Assembly: GCA_963833985.1 (NCBI GenBank)
Contig: CAWIAD010000001.1
Span: forward strand, 2,304,001-2,368,000
Length of the DNA: 64,000 bases
Source: an uncultured Planctomycetaceae bacterium
GTDB taxonomy: Bacteria > Planctomycetota > Planctomycetia > Isosphaerales > Isosphaeraceae
Reading direction: 5' to 3'
Shown: one piece after another, positions 25,504 to 36,705 of the stretch
Numbering within the stretch: the stretch's first letter is position 1
Layout: each line of letters starts with the position of its first letter
Notes under the pieces: model-generated
What the model was told of the DNA's origin: nothing
Databases searched by the model: none
The model's input: only the letters and a program-made list of their open reading frames with translations
Made by a program: the position numbers and the translations under genes

Positions 25504-27009
25504 TCACGCGGGTTCGGCCAGCTCTGAACCGCCCGGCTGCTTTGTCTTTTCGATCCCCGTCAGCACGGCCCTGCGCACCCGCCTGCGGGCAACGCCCACC
25601 AGTTGATTGAAGACGAAGGTGTAGAGCAGGCTGGGCGTGATGGCCGCCGCCTCGATGGCCATCAGGTTGTCGGTGGACCCCTGGCCGATCCCGGTGGCAA
25701 GTCCGATCCCGGCAATCGGGCTCAGCGCGTAGATGACCTGGGATGGCCCGGGATCCATGGTCCTGGAGAACAGGGTGATCGTACCCAGCACCAGCGGCAG
25801 GATGGACGTAAAGAAGAGGAAGAGCGCCAGGAAGCTTGACCCGCGCCGGCCGAAGCGAAGCTGGAAATACTGATGAGCCAGTCCAAGGTACGCCACAACG
25901 AGGACACCGTTGGCGATCGCCAGGTGGTAGGCTTGCCGGATGGGAGTCGCCCGAGGTGCCGTGGAATCCACAAGCCGGTGCCAGGCCATCGTGGCGGTGA
26001 ACAGGATGATGCCGCAGACGCCGATCAGGAACGCTCGGTTGAGTGACGCATCTTCCCGGAAGGAAAGCGCTGATCTCCCTTGCTTGAAGGTGCGCCAGAG
26101 CCCCTTGTAGTACTCGGCCTGGGTGGGAGTGACCATGACCGTGAGGATCCCGCCGAGCGCGACCAGTAGGTAGAGGACCGCGGTCGCGAGCCAGTCCGAG
26201 TCTGGCATGCTCCAGATCCCGCCGAGCAAGAGCCCACCGAGTGTGGCCATGGCCGCGATTCCCTGCGGTTTTGAGAACGCGTGCATCCGGTCAGATTCCA
26301 GCTTCCGCCGCGCGGCCAGGAAGGTGAAGAAGAGCACGGGAATCTGGTACAGCAGGACGACCGCCAGCCACGGGAACGAGACGCCATAGAACTCGATCCG
26401 CGGCTCCCGGCTGACGATGCTGGCGACATGGGCGAGCCCGGTGATCATGCTGCCGCTCATCAGCGAGACGACAATGACGGCACTCGCCACACCGCGCGCG
26501 CTGGATTGCTTCTTGAGCACCAGCGCGTTGACCAGCGAGAGTGCCTGGAGCACCCAGCTCGTCGAGATCAGCGCGATCATGAGCTGGATCAGACCACGGA
26601 AGTCGGGCGTGCCCATGGCCACGCAGAGCACGGCAAACGGCAACGTGCAGGCGAACATCAGGTACTCGCGGACGGGCGCACCGAAGAAGAAACCGAGGGT
26701 CACCTCGGTGGCGGAAAGGGGTGAGATCCGGTGGAAGTCGAGTATGCCCGAGGCCCTGGCCGTGGCAACGGAGGTCCCAACCTGGGTGGAACCGATGATG
26801 CCGAGGAGGACGGCCTGGAGTGCGAAGAGCGCGCCGAAGACTCCACCGTTCCGGAACGCATCGAGCTGGTACCCTCCCCAGGCGATGCAGAGGCAAAGCG
26901 CCAGCGTGATCGCCAGCGCGGAGCCGAGCGCCTGGCGGCGCAGCCGCGATCGCACATGCTTGAAGAAGATGGGGTTATCGTACCAGCCGGTCAGCCAGTC
27001 AGAACGCAT
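25504..27009 (-). CDS. Multi-pass membrane protein, probable ABC-2 type permease
   Basis: Many hydrophobic helices and an N-terminal DNPIF motif; its start overlaps the stop of the ABC ATPase. Confidence 0.75.
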   Translation of the reverse strand: MRSDWLTGWYDNPIFFKHVRSRLRRQALGSALAITLALCLCIAWGGYQLDAFRNGGVFGALFALQAVLLGIIGSTQVGTSVATARASGILDFHRISPLSATEVTLGFFFGAPVREYLMFACTLPFAVLCVAMGTPDFRGLIQLMIALISTSWVLQALSLVNALVLKKQSSARGVASAVIVVSLMSGSMITGLAHVASIVSREPRIEFYGVSFPWLAVVLLYQIPVLFFTFLAARRKLESDRMHAFSKPQGIAAMATLGGLLLGGIWSMPDSDWLATAVLYLLVALGGILTVMVTPTQAEYYKGLWRTFKQGRSALSFREDASLNRAFLIGVCGIILFTATMAWHRLVDSTAPRATPIRQAYHLAIANGVLVVAYLGLAHQYFQLRFGRRGSSFLALFLFFTSILPLVLGTITLFSRTMDPGPSQVIYALSPIAGIGLATGIGQGSTDNLMAIEAAAITPSLLYTFVFNQLVGVARRRVRRAVLTGIEKTKQPGGSELAEPA

Positions 27010-27950
27010 CAGGAAAGCTCCCTGGCACCCACCGTGAGGAACAGCTCCTCGAGGTTCTCTTTCCGCCGCGCGAACGACGCCACGCGCACGCCCTGGCTCA
27101 CCAGCCGCGCCAGCAGGGCACTGGCTTCCTCCGGACCGCCGCGGAACCGGAACTCGAAGGTGCTGCCCTTCTTTTCGGCCGCACCAGCCCGTGGTTCCTC
27201 GGTCAGGACACGCAGAAACGTCTCGGTTTCACCCAGGACCTCGACGCTCAGGGTGGAATCGCCCATGATCCGGGCGTTCACCTCATCGATCCGCCCGCTG
27301 AGCACCATCCGGCCGCGCTCCATGATTGCCACGGAGGTGCAAAACTCGTTCATCTCGGCCAGGATGTGTGAGGAGATGAGGATCGTCTTGCCCTCGGCGG
27401 CCAGCCGCTTGAGGATGTTCTTCAGGTCGATCCGCCCCTGTGGATCGACCCCGCTGGCAGGCTCGTCCAGCAGCAGCACCACAGGGTCGGGGAGCAGTGT
27501 CTTGGCCAGCATGAGCCTTTGCCTCATCCCCCGCGACAGCTCGGTCACCAGCGATTGCCGCTTCTCTTCAAGGCCGACCAGCGCCAGGTAGCGATCGATG
27601 ATCGAGGGACGACCGGGACGGGGAACCCGGTAGCTGGCCGCGAACAGGTCGAGGAACTCCCAGACGAGCAGGTCCTCATACATCGGCGGGAAGTCGGGCA
27701 TGAAGCCAAGCAGCCGGGCCACCTGGTGAGGCTGTTCCTGAACGTTGATGCCCATGATCTCGATCTCGCCGTAGGTCGGCTCGATCAGCCCGAGCATGGT
27801 GCGCATCGTCGTCGTCTTGCCCGCCCCGTTGGGCCCGATGAGGCCGCAGACCTCACCCTCTTCCACCGTGAGGTTGAGGTCCTGCACTGCACACAGGTTG
27901 TCATAATCCACACGCAGGTCGCGAATCGCGATCATGAAGGCCTCGGCCAC
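27009..27950 (-). CDS. ABC transporter ATP-binding protein
   Basis: GPNGAGKTT, LSRGMRQR, LLLDEP, ISSH. Confidence 0.95.
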   Translation of the reverse strand: MAEAFMIAIRDLRVDYDNLCAVQDLNLTVEEGEVCGLIGPNGAGKTTTMRTMLGLIEPTYGEIEIMGINVQEQPHQVARLLGFMPDFPPMYEDLLVWEFLDLFAASYRVPRPGRPSIIDRYLALVGLEEKRQSLVTELSRGMRQRLMLAKTLLPDPVVLLLDEPASGVDPQGRIDLKNILKRLAAEGKTILISSHILAEMNEFCTSVAIMERGRMVLSGRIDEVNARIMGDSTLSVEVLGETETFLRVLTEEPRAGAAEKKGSTFEFRFRGGPEEASALLARLVSQGVRVASFARRKENLEELFLTVGARELS

Positions 27951-28032
27951 GAACTCGGAGAGTGGGTTGCTCGCTCCAATCCATTCGCCACGGAACTCGA
28001 GAAATTAAGCTGGCCCAGGAGCATCGATACCG

Positions 28033-28221
28033 TCACTTCAGCCGGTCCCGCATGCGTTCCAGTTCCCGCAACTCCGCGTCGGTGAAGCCGGCCTTCTTGA
28101 AGATCTGGGTCCGCTCCTCCGGGGTTGCCGTTTTCAGCCTGGCACGATCGGCCGCCGGGATATTCCGGAACTTCGCTGCGAAGCCGGGAAGGGCTCGAGA
28201 AGCAGATAAACCACGCGTCAC
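28033..28221 (-). other. Small ORF or orphan C-terminal fragment of a helical protein
   Basis: Protein-like KFRNIPAADRARLKTATPEERTQIFKKAGFTDAELRELERM lying between two co-oriented genes. Confidence 0.35.
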
Positions 28222-28239
28222 GGCAGGAGGGCTGGACGC

Positions 28240-29202
28240 TTAACGGATCTCGCGGGCGAGCTCGGCAAACTTCAGGTCCTCGAGCAAGCGGCCGGCCTCG
28301 TTCAGCTTCGCCTCCTGCGATCGGGTGAGCTGTTCGATCTCCTTCTGAGATTCCGCCGCCGAGGTGTTGTGAGCCGGCTCCAGGCTGGCCAGCTTGCCGC
28401 GAATCTCGCCGTCGAGACGCACCGCTTCGGCGAGCAACTCCAGGATGGGCTGGAGCCTGGTGGGTGCCGTGTTGTTCTCGCTTTCTCTCTGAAGCTTCAT
28501 GAGCCTGGTCTTCTCGAGCTGGGCGGTCTGCTCCTTGGACAGTTCTTCGGCCCGCGCTTTTTCCACCTCGGATTTCAGCTCCTTGAGGCGCCTGGGCTGC
28601 TCGTACTCGCGCAGCAGCATGAGCTTGGATCGGGCCATCTCCCGCTCGATCTCGGCTTTTCGCTTCGACAGTGTCGCGGCCTTCAGCCTGTCCTGGAACT
28701 GGGCCAGAATCCAGGTTTCCTGCACGGTACCGGAGGAGGTCTTCTTCACCTTCTCGAGCGCCGCGCTGGCGTCCGCAAGTTCGGCCGTTGTTCGTTGAAT
28801 GTCCGACTCGGCAAGTCGAACCGCCCCTGCGACGGCGGAGACTTCCTGGAGGGAGGTCCCTTCCTCGTACTCCTTGACGGCGATCTCGCTCAGCTCGCGC
28901 GTCAGCTTCGCGGTCTGATACGCCGCGTCGGCTGCCTGGACCCTTAGCTCTTGTACGGGGACGCTCGATTCCGGCTCGGCAGTTCTCGCGTTCCGGTACC
29001 GTTCCAGCACCGGCTCGGCGTACTTGCGGATCCGTACGCGTTCTTCATCGAGCCTGCTTTCCATGGACCTCTTGAAGGCAGCCAGTGCGGGAGCACCCTG
29101 CTGGGCCGGCGCGGTTTGAGCGACGGACTCCGGGCAGAATGCCAGGGAGATGGCTGCGAACACGCCAGCGGAAACCGGAAGGCGAAGGTGCGTACCGATC
29201 AT
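28240..29202 (-). CDS. Exported coiled-coil protein resembling HlyD adaptor hairpins
   Basis: Signal peptide; long heptad-rich helices (AKLTRELSEIAVKEYEEG, KELKSEVEKARAEELSK). Confidence 0.65.
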   Translation of the reverse strand: MIGTHLRLPVSAGVFAAISLAFCPESVAQTAPAQQGAPALAAFKRSMESRLDEERVRIRKYAEPVLERYRNARTAEPESSVPVQELRVQAADAAYQTAKLTRELSEIAVKEYEEGTSLQEVSAVAGAVRLAESDIQRTTAELADASAALEKVKKTSSGTVQETWILAQFQDRLKAATLSKRKAEIEREMARSKLMLLREYEQPRRLKELKSEVEKARAEELSKEQTAQLEKTRLMKLQRESENNTAPTRLQPILELLAEAVRLDGEIRGKLASLEPAHNTSAAESQKEIEQLTRSQEAKLNEAGRLLEDLKFAELAREIR

Positions 29203-29371
29203 TGCCGGAGCCCCAGATTCGGAGGGCACGAGGAAGCGATTGATGACGCCACACACTCTAGCGGAATGACCACCGATGTTCCAGGAGCATCGGGTGGTTC
29301 TGGCATTCCCTGGGTGGCCGCCTTAAGCTTGAGAGGTCCGTCGACCCGCCCGGAACCTCGAAGAGCCCGCC

Positions 29372-29824
29372 ATGGACGCCCGCGAGAAGATGACCGCCGC
29401 GCTAGCCGCCTATCCTGTGGTCGTGGTTCAGCCCGTCCAGTGGGGCGAGCAGGACCCGCTGGGGCACGTTAACCATGTGACGTACTTTCGCTGGTACGAA
29501 TCGGCGCGGATCGCGTACTTCTCGAAGCTCGGCCTGATGGACATGCACAAGCAAGAGCGGATCGGGCCGATCATCGCCTCGGTGGCGAACGATTATCGCC
29601 GCCAGATCACCTATCCCGACACGGTGCACATCGGCGTCCGCATCGTGCGTATTGGGCGCAGCAGCTTCGACATGGAGCACGCGATCTACAGCCAGAACGA
29701 GCACGTCCTCGCCGCCGAGGGCCGGTCGACCCTGGTCGTCTTCGACTATCAGACCAACAAGTCTCATCCCGTCCCCGCGCACATCCGCCACGCCATCGAG
29801 CATCTCGAAGCGCGTACGTTCTGA
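29372..29824 (+). CDS. Acyl-CoA thioesterase (4HBT/YbgC hot-dog fold)
   Basis: VQWGEQDPLGHVNHVTYFRWYESAR. Confidence 0.92.
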   Translation: MDAREKMTAALAAYPVVVVQPVQWGEQDPLGHVNHVTYFRWYESARIAYFSKLGLMDMHKQERIGPIIASVANDYRRQITYPDTVHIGVRIVRIGRSSFDMEHAIYSQNEHVLAAEGRSTLVVFDYQTNKSHPVPAHIRHAIEHLEARTF

Positions 29825-29967
29825 ACGCCCGATGCAGTCCGGCCCGCGGGCCAATGGCCTGCCTCGTCGGGTTTACGAAAACTTCGCGCTTTCCCTTGGG
29901 TGATCCCGTAGTTTCTCTGATGATTTTCGTCTCGGCGTCCCGCGAGAGCCCGCGGTCAGAGAGCACC

Positions 29968-31308
29968 ATGAGCACGATCCAGGAAACGTTCGATCCTCCC
30001 ACGCGTCTCGTGCGCTGGCAGTGGGCTACTGTCGGGCTGATGGTGGCCGGCTACGCGGGCTATTATCTTTGTCGGTCCAACCTCTCCGTTTGCCTGCCGC
30101 TCATCCGGGACGAGCTGGTGCGCCAGGGGTATGACGCCAACCAGGCGAAGGAGCGGCTGGGGACGGTGGTCTCGCTGGGCGTGCTGGCATACGCCATCGG
30201 CAAGTTCTTCGCGGGGGGACTGGCCGATTTCCAGGGAGGCCGGCGCAACTTTCTGGGCGGGATGATCGGGTCCATCGGTTTCACCATCCTCTTCGCGCTG
30301 GGCGGCTCCATCCCACTCTTCACACTGGCCAGCGCAGGCAACCGCTTCGTCCAGTCGTTCGGCTGGGGCGGCATGATCAAGATCACCTCGCGCTGGTTCC
30401 CCCATAACGCGTATGGCCGCGTGATGGCGTTCATCAGCCTGAGCTTCTTGTTCGGCGACGCCCTCGCGCGAAAGTTCATGGGCTTTCTGCTGGCATCCGG
30501 CTGCACCTGGCACCAGGTCTTCTTTGCCTGCGCGGCCGTGATGTGCGGCTTGCTGCTGGCGAGCGCGGTGTTCCTGAAGGAAAGCCCCAGCCAGATCGGC
30601 GCGCCGGAGCCGGAATCGCACGACGACAGCCTCTTCGGAGAGCAGGGCAACGAGCCGGTGCCCGCCGGAATCCGCACCCTGCTGGAACCGCTGCTGCGCC
30701 GCAAGGTCTTCTGGTACGTCTGCCTGCTCTCGCTCGGACTGACGCTGCTCCGGGAGACGTTCAACACCTGGATTCCAACTTACTTCAGCGAGGCCCTGGG
30801 GATGAGCCACGCCGAGGCCGCCGAGCAGAGCGCCTGGTTCCCGTTTCTGGGCGGCATCTCGGTGCTGCTGGCCGGGTTCCTGAGCGACCGGCTGGGACGC
30901 ACCAGCCGTGCGCTCATCATCGTGGGCTGCCTGCTCCTGGCCATCGTGGCGCTCACGACTCTGGCCCTGCACGACCCGGGCGGCTCGCGGTTCTGGCCCG
31001 TGGTGCTCATCGCGCTTGTGGGGTTCCTGTTGATCGGGCCCTATTCGTACCTGGCTGGGGCAATCTCGCTCGATTTCGGCGGCAAGCAGGGCTCGTCGAC
31101 GGCATCGGGATTCATCGACGGCATCGGCTACCTGGGCGGGATGATGGCCGGCGACACGATGGCCCGCATCCTGGTGGCGCACGGCTGGAAGGGGGCGTTC
31201 CTGGTCCTGGATGTCGTGGCCATCCTCTCGACCGCGGCCGCCGTGCTCTTCCTGTCCGAACAGATGGGGCCGCGGTCCGCGCAGGGGCCGCTCACGGAAC
31301 CGGCTTGA
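29968..31308 (+). CDS. MFS transporter, GlpT/UhpC-like
   Basis: GYAGYYLCRSNLS, YAIGKF, RWFP, GFIDGIGYLG and about 12 hydrophobic segments. Confidence 0.9.
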   Translation: MSTIQETFDPPTRLVRWQWATVGLMVAGYAGYYLCRSNLSVCLPLIRDELVRQGYDANQAKERLGTVVSLGVLAYAIGKFFAGGLADFQGGRRNFLGGMIGSIGFTILFALGGSIPLFTLASAGNRFVQSFGWGGMIKITSRWFPHNAYGRVMAFISLSFLFGDALARKFMGFLLASGCTWHQVFFACAAVMCGLLLASAVFLKESPSQIGAPEPESHDDSLFGEQGNEPVPAGIRTLLEPLLRRKVFWYVCLLSLGLTLLRETFNTWIPTYFSEALGMSHAEAAEQSAWFPFLGGISVLLAGFLSDRLGRTSRALIIVGCLLLAIVALTTLALHDPGGSRFWPVVLIALVGFLLIGPYSYLAGAISLDFGGKQGSSTASGFIDGIGYLGGMMAGDTMARILVAHGWKGAFLVLDVVAILSTAAAVLFLSEQMGPRSAQGPLTEPA

Positions 31309-34300
31309 CCGGCGGCACGATGATGTGCGGCAGGTCGAGCGTCTTGGCCTGGTTGTTCAGCCCGGCCAGGTCCTTGTCGATCAGCGCTTGAAACTCCTTG
31401 AGGCGTTCGGCCAGCTCGGCTCCCAGGCGATCGGCGGCCTCCTTCACGCCCTGCGTGGGCGGGCCGTCGCCGTCGAGCATGCTGCCGTACAGCCAGCCCA
31501 GGTTGGAATAGAGCTGCGCTCCGCCCTTCATTGCCAGGATGTCGTAGGTCACCTTGGCCCTGGGGTTGTGCATCTTCCCCTCGAGCGCATCAAGCCTGGT
31601 GATGAACTCCCTGGATGCCTTCACCAGCGGCTTGGCCTTGTCGATGGCTTGCACCAGCATGTTTCGATCCTGGAGCTGCTTGCGCACGGCCCGCAACTGC
31701 TCCACGGCGCCGGAGAGCTTGTTGAAATCATCGCGCACCGCCAGCCCCAGGCGCACCTGCTCGGCCAGCTCGGCGGGCGCCAGCTTCACCCGCGGATCGG
31801 GCAAGACCTCCAGCGCAGCGGTCACCGTCTGGCCGTCCACCGTGAGCTTCACGGTGTACTTGCCGGGCAAGGCGAGTGGTGCGGTCTCGGCACTGCCGGA
31901 ATCGATGCGGGCGTCCTTGATGGGGCGGGCAGGATCGTGCTCCAGGTCCCAGACCACGCGATGCAACCCCGGCTTGTCCGGCACACCCGGCTTCCTTGGT
32001 CCGAAAGGACGCTCTTCCTCTTCTTCCTCCTCGATCTCCTGAGCCTTCTCCCTGGCCTCCTGCTCCTCGCCGGCCGGCTCCTTGCCCGGCGCTCCCTCTT
32101 TCTCGGCCGCCGTCGGTTCGGTCTCGGTCGGCTTCGACAGCAGGCGAACGCGCTTGCCATCAGCATCGACGATCTCCAGCCTGGGTTTCGCCTTCGGCTT
32201 GTCCTTGAGCCAGAAATGGATGACCGCTCCGGCCGGCGGATTGTCCCCGCGCCAGGCCGCGGAAGCCGCCGTGATAACGCCAGCGCGCCGCCGGCAGGCA
32301 GGGGAGCAGCTCGGCCGGCTTGGCGGCAACCGCGGGCGTCCACGAACGGATCGGCGTCAGGTCGTCGAATATCCAGAGCGATCGCCCGTGCGTGCCCAGC
32401 ACCAGGCTATCACCCTTGGCCTGCATGTCGTGCACCGGCACGGTCGGCAGGTTGAGCTGGAGCGGTTGCCAGGTCTTGCCTTCGTCTGTAGAAAACGCCA
32501 CCCCGCGCTCGGTGCCGGCGTAGAGCAAGCCCTGCTGCTTCGGATCGTGGCGGACAACGTGCAACGGCACGTCCTGGGGCATCGGTCCGGAAAGCAGCGC
32601 CCATGTATTGCCGTGATTGCGCGTGCGGTACAAATACGGATGCATATCATCGACCATGTGCGCGTCAACGACCACCAGCGCCGTCCCGGCGTCAAACGGC
32701 GACGGTTCGATCATCTTGATCGCCGCCCACTCGGGCAATCCGGTCAGATGCTCCGTCACGTTCGTCCAGCTCTTGCCGGCGTCGCGTGAAACGTGCACCA
32801 GGCCGTCGTCGGAGCCGACCCAGATGAGCCCTTTCTCCTTGGGCGACTCGGCGACGGCCGAGATGGTGCAGTAGTACTCGGCGGTCGTGTTGTCGCCGGT
32901 GATCGGGCCGCCCGACCATTGCTGCCTGCGCCTGTCGTTGCGGGTCAGGTCCGGGCTGATGGCCGTCCAGGTCTGGCCGCCGTCGCTGGTGCGGAAAAGG
33001 ACGTTGCCGGCGTGGTACACAACCTTCGGATCGTGCGGCGAGCCGGCAATCGGCGCGGGCCAGCGGAAGCGGTACTTCATGTCGGCCGCACCGTGGCCCG
33101 AGGGGTTGTCCACGTAGCTGCCGACCATCCGCGCCTGGCGCGTGCGATGGTCATAACGGGTGATCACGCCCGCGTACTCACCGGCGTAGACGATGTTCGG
33201 GTCGGACGGGTCGTGCAGGGTGTAGCCGGCCTCGCCCCCGCCCACGCTGTACCAGTCGGCCAGCGTGATGCCGGTATAGCTCAAACTATTGCTCGGCCCG
33301 GCGATGGAGCCCAGGTCCTGCATGGTGCCGGAGACGTGGTACGGGTTCCGGGTATCCACGCCGATGCGGTAGAACTGGCTGATGGGTAAAGGAGGGGCGT
33401 GCCAGGTCTCGCCGCCATCGGTGCTCAGGTCCACGCCGCCGTCGTTGCCGTTGATCATCCGCCTGGGATTTGTGGGGTCGATCCAGACATCATGATGGTC
33501 GCCGTGGTGGAACCCGCGCACCGGCTGGAACGTCTTGCCACCGTCGATGGTCCGCAGCATCGGCACGCTCGGGCACCAGACGACGTCCGGGTTCCTGGGG
33601 TCCACCGTGAGCGTGGAGTAGTACCAGGCACGCTGACGCAGGCCATGGTCTCCCGTGGCGAGCTTCCAGGTCTCGCCGCCATCGTCCGAGCGGTACAGGC
33701 CCCCCTTGTCGGCCTCGATCAGGGCATAGACGCGCCGGCTGTCCGAGGGAGCCACGGCGACACCGATCTTGCCCCAGGGCCCTTTGGGCAAGCCGTGCTC
33801 GGTAAGCTGCTTCCAGGTCGTGCCGCCATCACGTGAGACATACAGCCTTGAGCCCGGCCCGCCGCTGGTCAGCTCCCAGGGACGCCTGCGGGTCTGCCAG
33901 AGGCCCGCGAAGACGATGTGCGGGTTCGAAGGATCGAGTGCCAGGTCCGAGGCCCCGGTGTCGGCGTCTTTCTTGAGCACGGCGGTCCAGGTCTTGCCGC
34001 CGTCGGTCGTGCGGTACACCCCGCGCTCGCCGTTTGGCCCGAAGGCCTTGCCCAGCACGGCGGCAAAGGCGATGTCGGCATTGTGCGGATGGACGGCCAT
34101 CGTGCCGATCTGCCCGTCTTGCTTCCACACCTGCGTCCAGTGCGCACCGCCATCGGTGGACTTGTAAATCCCGTTGCCGGGCACGACGTTGTTGCGGATG
34201 TTCGCCTCGCCCGACCCGGCATAAACGACATTCGGGTCCGACGCCGCGACGGCAATCGAGCCGAACGTGGAGGTGGGCAGCTTCTCCGTCACGCACTTCC

Positions 34301-34589
34301 AGCTCAGCCCGCCGTCGACCGACCGCCAGACCCCTCCCGACGCCGTGGCCGCGAAGTAGACGAGCGGATTGCCGGGAATGCCCGCGACCCGGCAGACCCG
34401 TCCCCCCGCCGCCGGCCCGATGGAACGATACTTCAGCTCCTGGAACGGCCCTTTCACCGCGCTCTCATCGTCGCTCTCGTCTGCCGCGGCGGAAGCCGGA
34501 CAGAGCGAAACCAGGAAAGCCAGGAGAATCGCAAGAACCGCTCCGTCCCATACAGACCGCGCCACTCGATTGACCATGGAAAACCTCAT
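31292..34589 (-). CDS. Large exported BNR/Asp-box (VPS10/sortilin-like) glycosyl hydrolase-like protein; frameshift near 32255
   Basis: YRSIGPAAGGRV, many SxDGGxTW boxes, HGDHHDVWIDP, RFRWPAPI, GTHGRSLW; the C-terminal part continues in ORF 31292-32329. Confidence 0.88.
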
Positions 34590-34773
34590 TGCAGCCCGTG
34601 GACCTCGTCTCGTGCCTCCCAGGCGACCCGTCATCGTACCGAGCGCGGCAGTCTGGGGCAACTGCACAAAGGGCGTCATTCTTGACGAGCGCCCCCATTC
34701 GAGAACTGTGGAAGCTCACCGACTGGCCCATGCCACCGCGAGTCCCAACTTCGCTCATGAAGAAACCATGAAG

Positions 34774-34870
34774 ATTGGGTTCCTTCCGTACCCGAAATCG
34801 CCCCTTGACATCGTCATAAGTCCTTTATTAATAGGCAGATACCTACTGCGAGAAATTGGCTTCGTTCGGG
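34774..34870 (+). repeat. Three-part intergenic element, copy B
   Basis: ATTGGGTTCCTTC, then CATAAGTCCTTT-N6-AGGCAGATAC, then AAATTGGCTTCGTTC. Confidence 0.5.
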
Positions 34871-34927
34871 ATGTTACCAGCAGCTCGTGAAGGACCACTG
34901 GTAGGGTGGGTCAGCGCAGCGCAACCC

Positions 34928-36373
34928 CATAGCGTCCAACTTAAGGATTCCATTCCAGAAGTTCTGGATCCAAAAGGAGTTGGAATAGGCTGGGCCGTTT
35001 CTTCCGACGTTTCTTCTGAGCGACGCTAGCGATCGTCGTGGCCATGTCTCTCAAGGTGCGTATGAGCTCGTCGATGTTATCCAACGCTCGGGTCAGGGAT
35101 TCCATCCAGTTCCGGATGACGCGGGCCGCTTTCCAGTGGCTGCGGCGGGGATCGGCCGCGTTCGCGGTCAGGAGCAGCCAATGCTGAAGCACCACGCCGA
35201 TCAGTTTCGCCCAGAACAACGCCAGGCGTTCCATGCTGGTCCAGTGTGCACGCGACTCGGCGAGGTGGTTGTGAGATTTCCAAAGTTTGAACAGCAGTTC
35301 GATTTGCCAGCGCGTCCGATACAGGACCACGACCTCTTTCCACGTCAGAAGTGCGGCCAGGCAGTTGGTCAGGAAAATCGTCCAGTCGCACAAGTCCAGA
35401 TGTTCTTGCGTGGGCACGCGGCCGTGTTTTTGAGCCTTTTCGTAGGCCGCTTGCCGACGTCGGTTCGCCACCTCCGGAGGCACTCGCAAGGCGATCAACC
35501 GACATCCCAGACGCTCCGCCGCGCCCACCGCGATCGACACGTCGACCGGCATGCCGGCGGGTTGCCGTCGGAGAAACGCCAGCATCTCCCATCGCCGCCC
35601 CTCCGCGTCGAAAACGGCCGTGCCGTGTTGCCAACGCGAAATCCAATAAGCTCCTTGCGCCGATGGATCGGAACCGCTCCAGGCAAAAGTATCCCAGGTC
35701 GCGGAGCGTCAGCGATCCGGAGACCACTGGTGCGTCCACGTCCACGCTCGTGGCGTCGCTGTGACGACCGGGATGGACCTCCAACTTCTCCAACTGACCG
35801 CGGCGCAGTTCCCACGCCACCTGAATTTTCACCGCTGCCTTACCACTGCCCGTTTTGCCACCGCAGCCGGGAAATTCCGCCTCGAATTCGTCGGGCAAGG
35901 TCACCGTGGTGCTGTCGGCGATCACGACGGCGGTGAACTTGTCCAGCAGCGCCACGCCGGCCGCCGACGCCTCCACGACGGACTCCAACACGTGTTCCAA
36001 ACCCGCGCGAAGTGCGCGACGAGCTTCTCCGAGAACCGCTTTTCGATCGCCTCGGCAGTCACGTTCACACCCAGCAGTGCCGCCGTCGCGACGAAGTCGT
36101 TGGTATGGGGGCGAGGCGTCTTCATCACAGTCAGAACCATGGTCTTGAGCAGCGACGCGCCCGAGAATTTTCGTTGCCGCCGGATCACGCCCGTCGCACG
36201 ACCGATCTCGTCGAGTTTCGAACCCAAGCTCGATTGCAACAACACGGCCACCTTGTTTATGATCCCCAACGGAAGCTCCTTCTTCCAGGACGCGCTTGCT
36301 CGATACAACGCGAACTGGATTAAGGACTTCCTTTCTTTTTTCCTAGGCCAAATTCCTTAAGTTGGACGCTATG
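34928..36373 (-). mobile_element. IS4-family insertion sequence (IS231/IS186-like ends), 1446 bp, inserted in a REP hairpin
   Basis: Perfect 20-bp inverted repeats CATAGCGTCCAACTTAAGGA (34928-34947 and 36354-36373); 20-bp direct repeat GGGTCAGCGCAGCGCAACCC at 34908-34927 and 36374-36393. Confidence 0.95.
34941..36269 (-). CDS. IS4-family DDE transposase, split by frameshifts near 36000 and 35650
   Basis: RBS GGAG before TTG 36269; IADST, RDLGYF and YRTRWQIELLFK (YREK signature); the stop lies inside the terminal inverted repeat. Confidence 0.9.
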
Positions 36374-36600
36374 GGGTCAGCGCAGCGCAACCCACCGGAT
36401 GGCAGAGCTTTGCGTGCGGTAGGATGCCCCCGCTCCACCCCGTATTGCCACGATCCCCTGCGCTCGCGCCATATCGGAGTGCCCGCTCATGCCGAGACCG
36501 GCCCTTACCTTACTCTTTAAATCCGCCAAGCCCAGGTGCAAACCGGCCCCTGGACCGTCGCATCCAGTCCGGACCAGCCTGCACCCATCGCTCCAGATCG

Positions 36601-36705
36601 AAATTGGGTCCGTTTTCATGCCACTCAATGTGAATACTCCGACGGATATATCTGTCATCAAACCACTTACATCGATATTCAATTTGGCTTCGTTCCCGCT
36701 TTTTG
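36601..36705 (+). repeat. Three-part intergenic element, copy C
   Basis: AAATTGGGTCCGTTT, then a core ending AAACCACTTAC, then ATTTGGCTTCGTTC. Confidence 0.45.
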
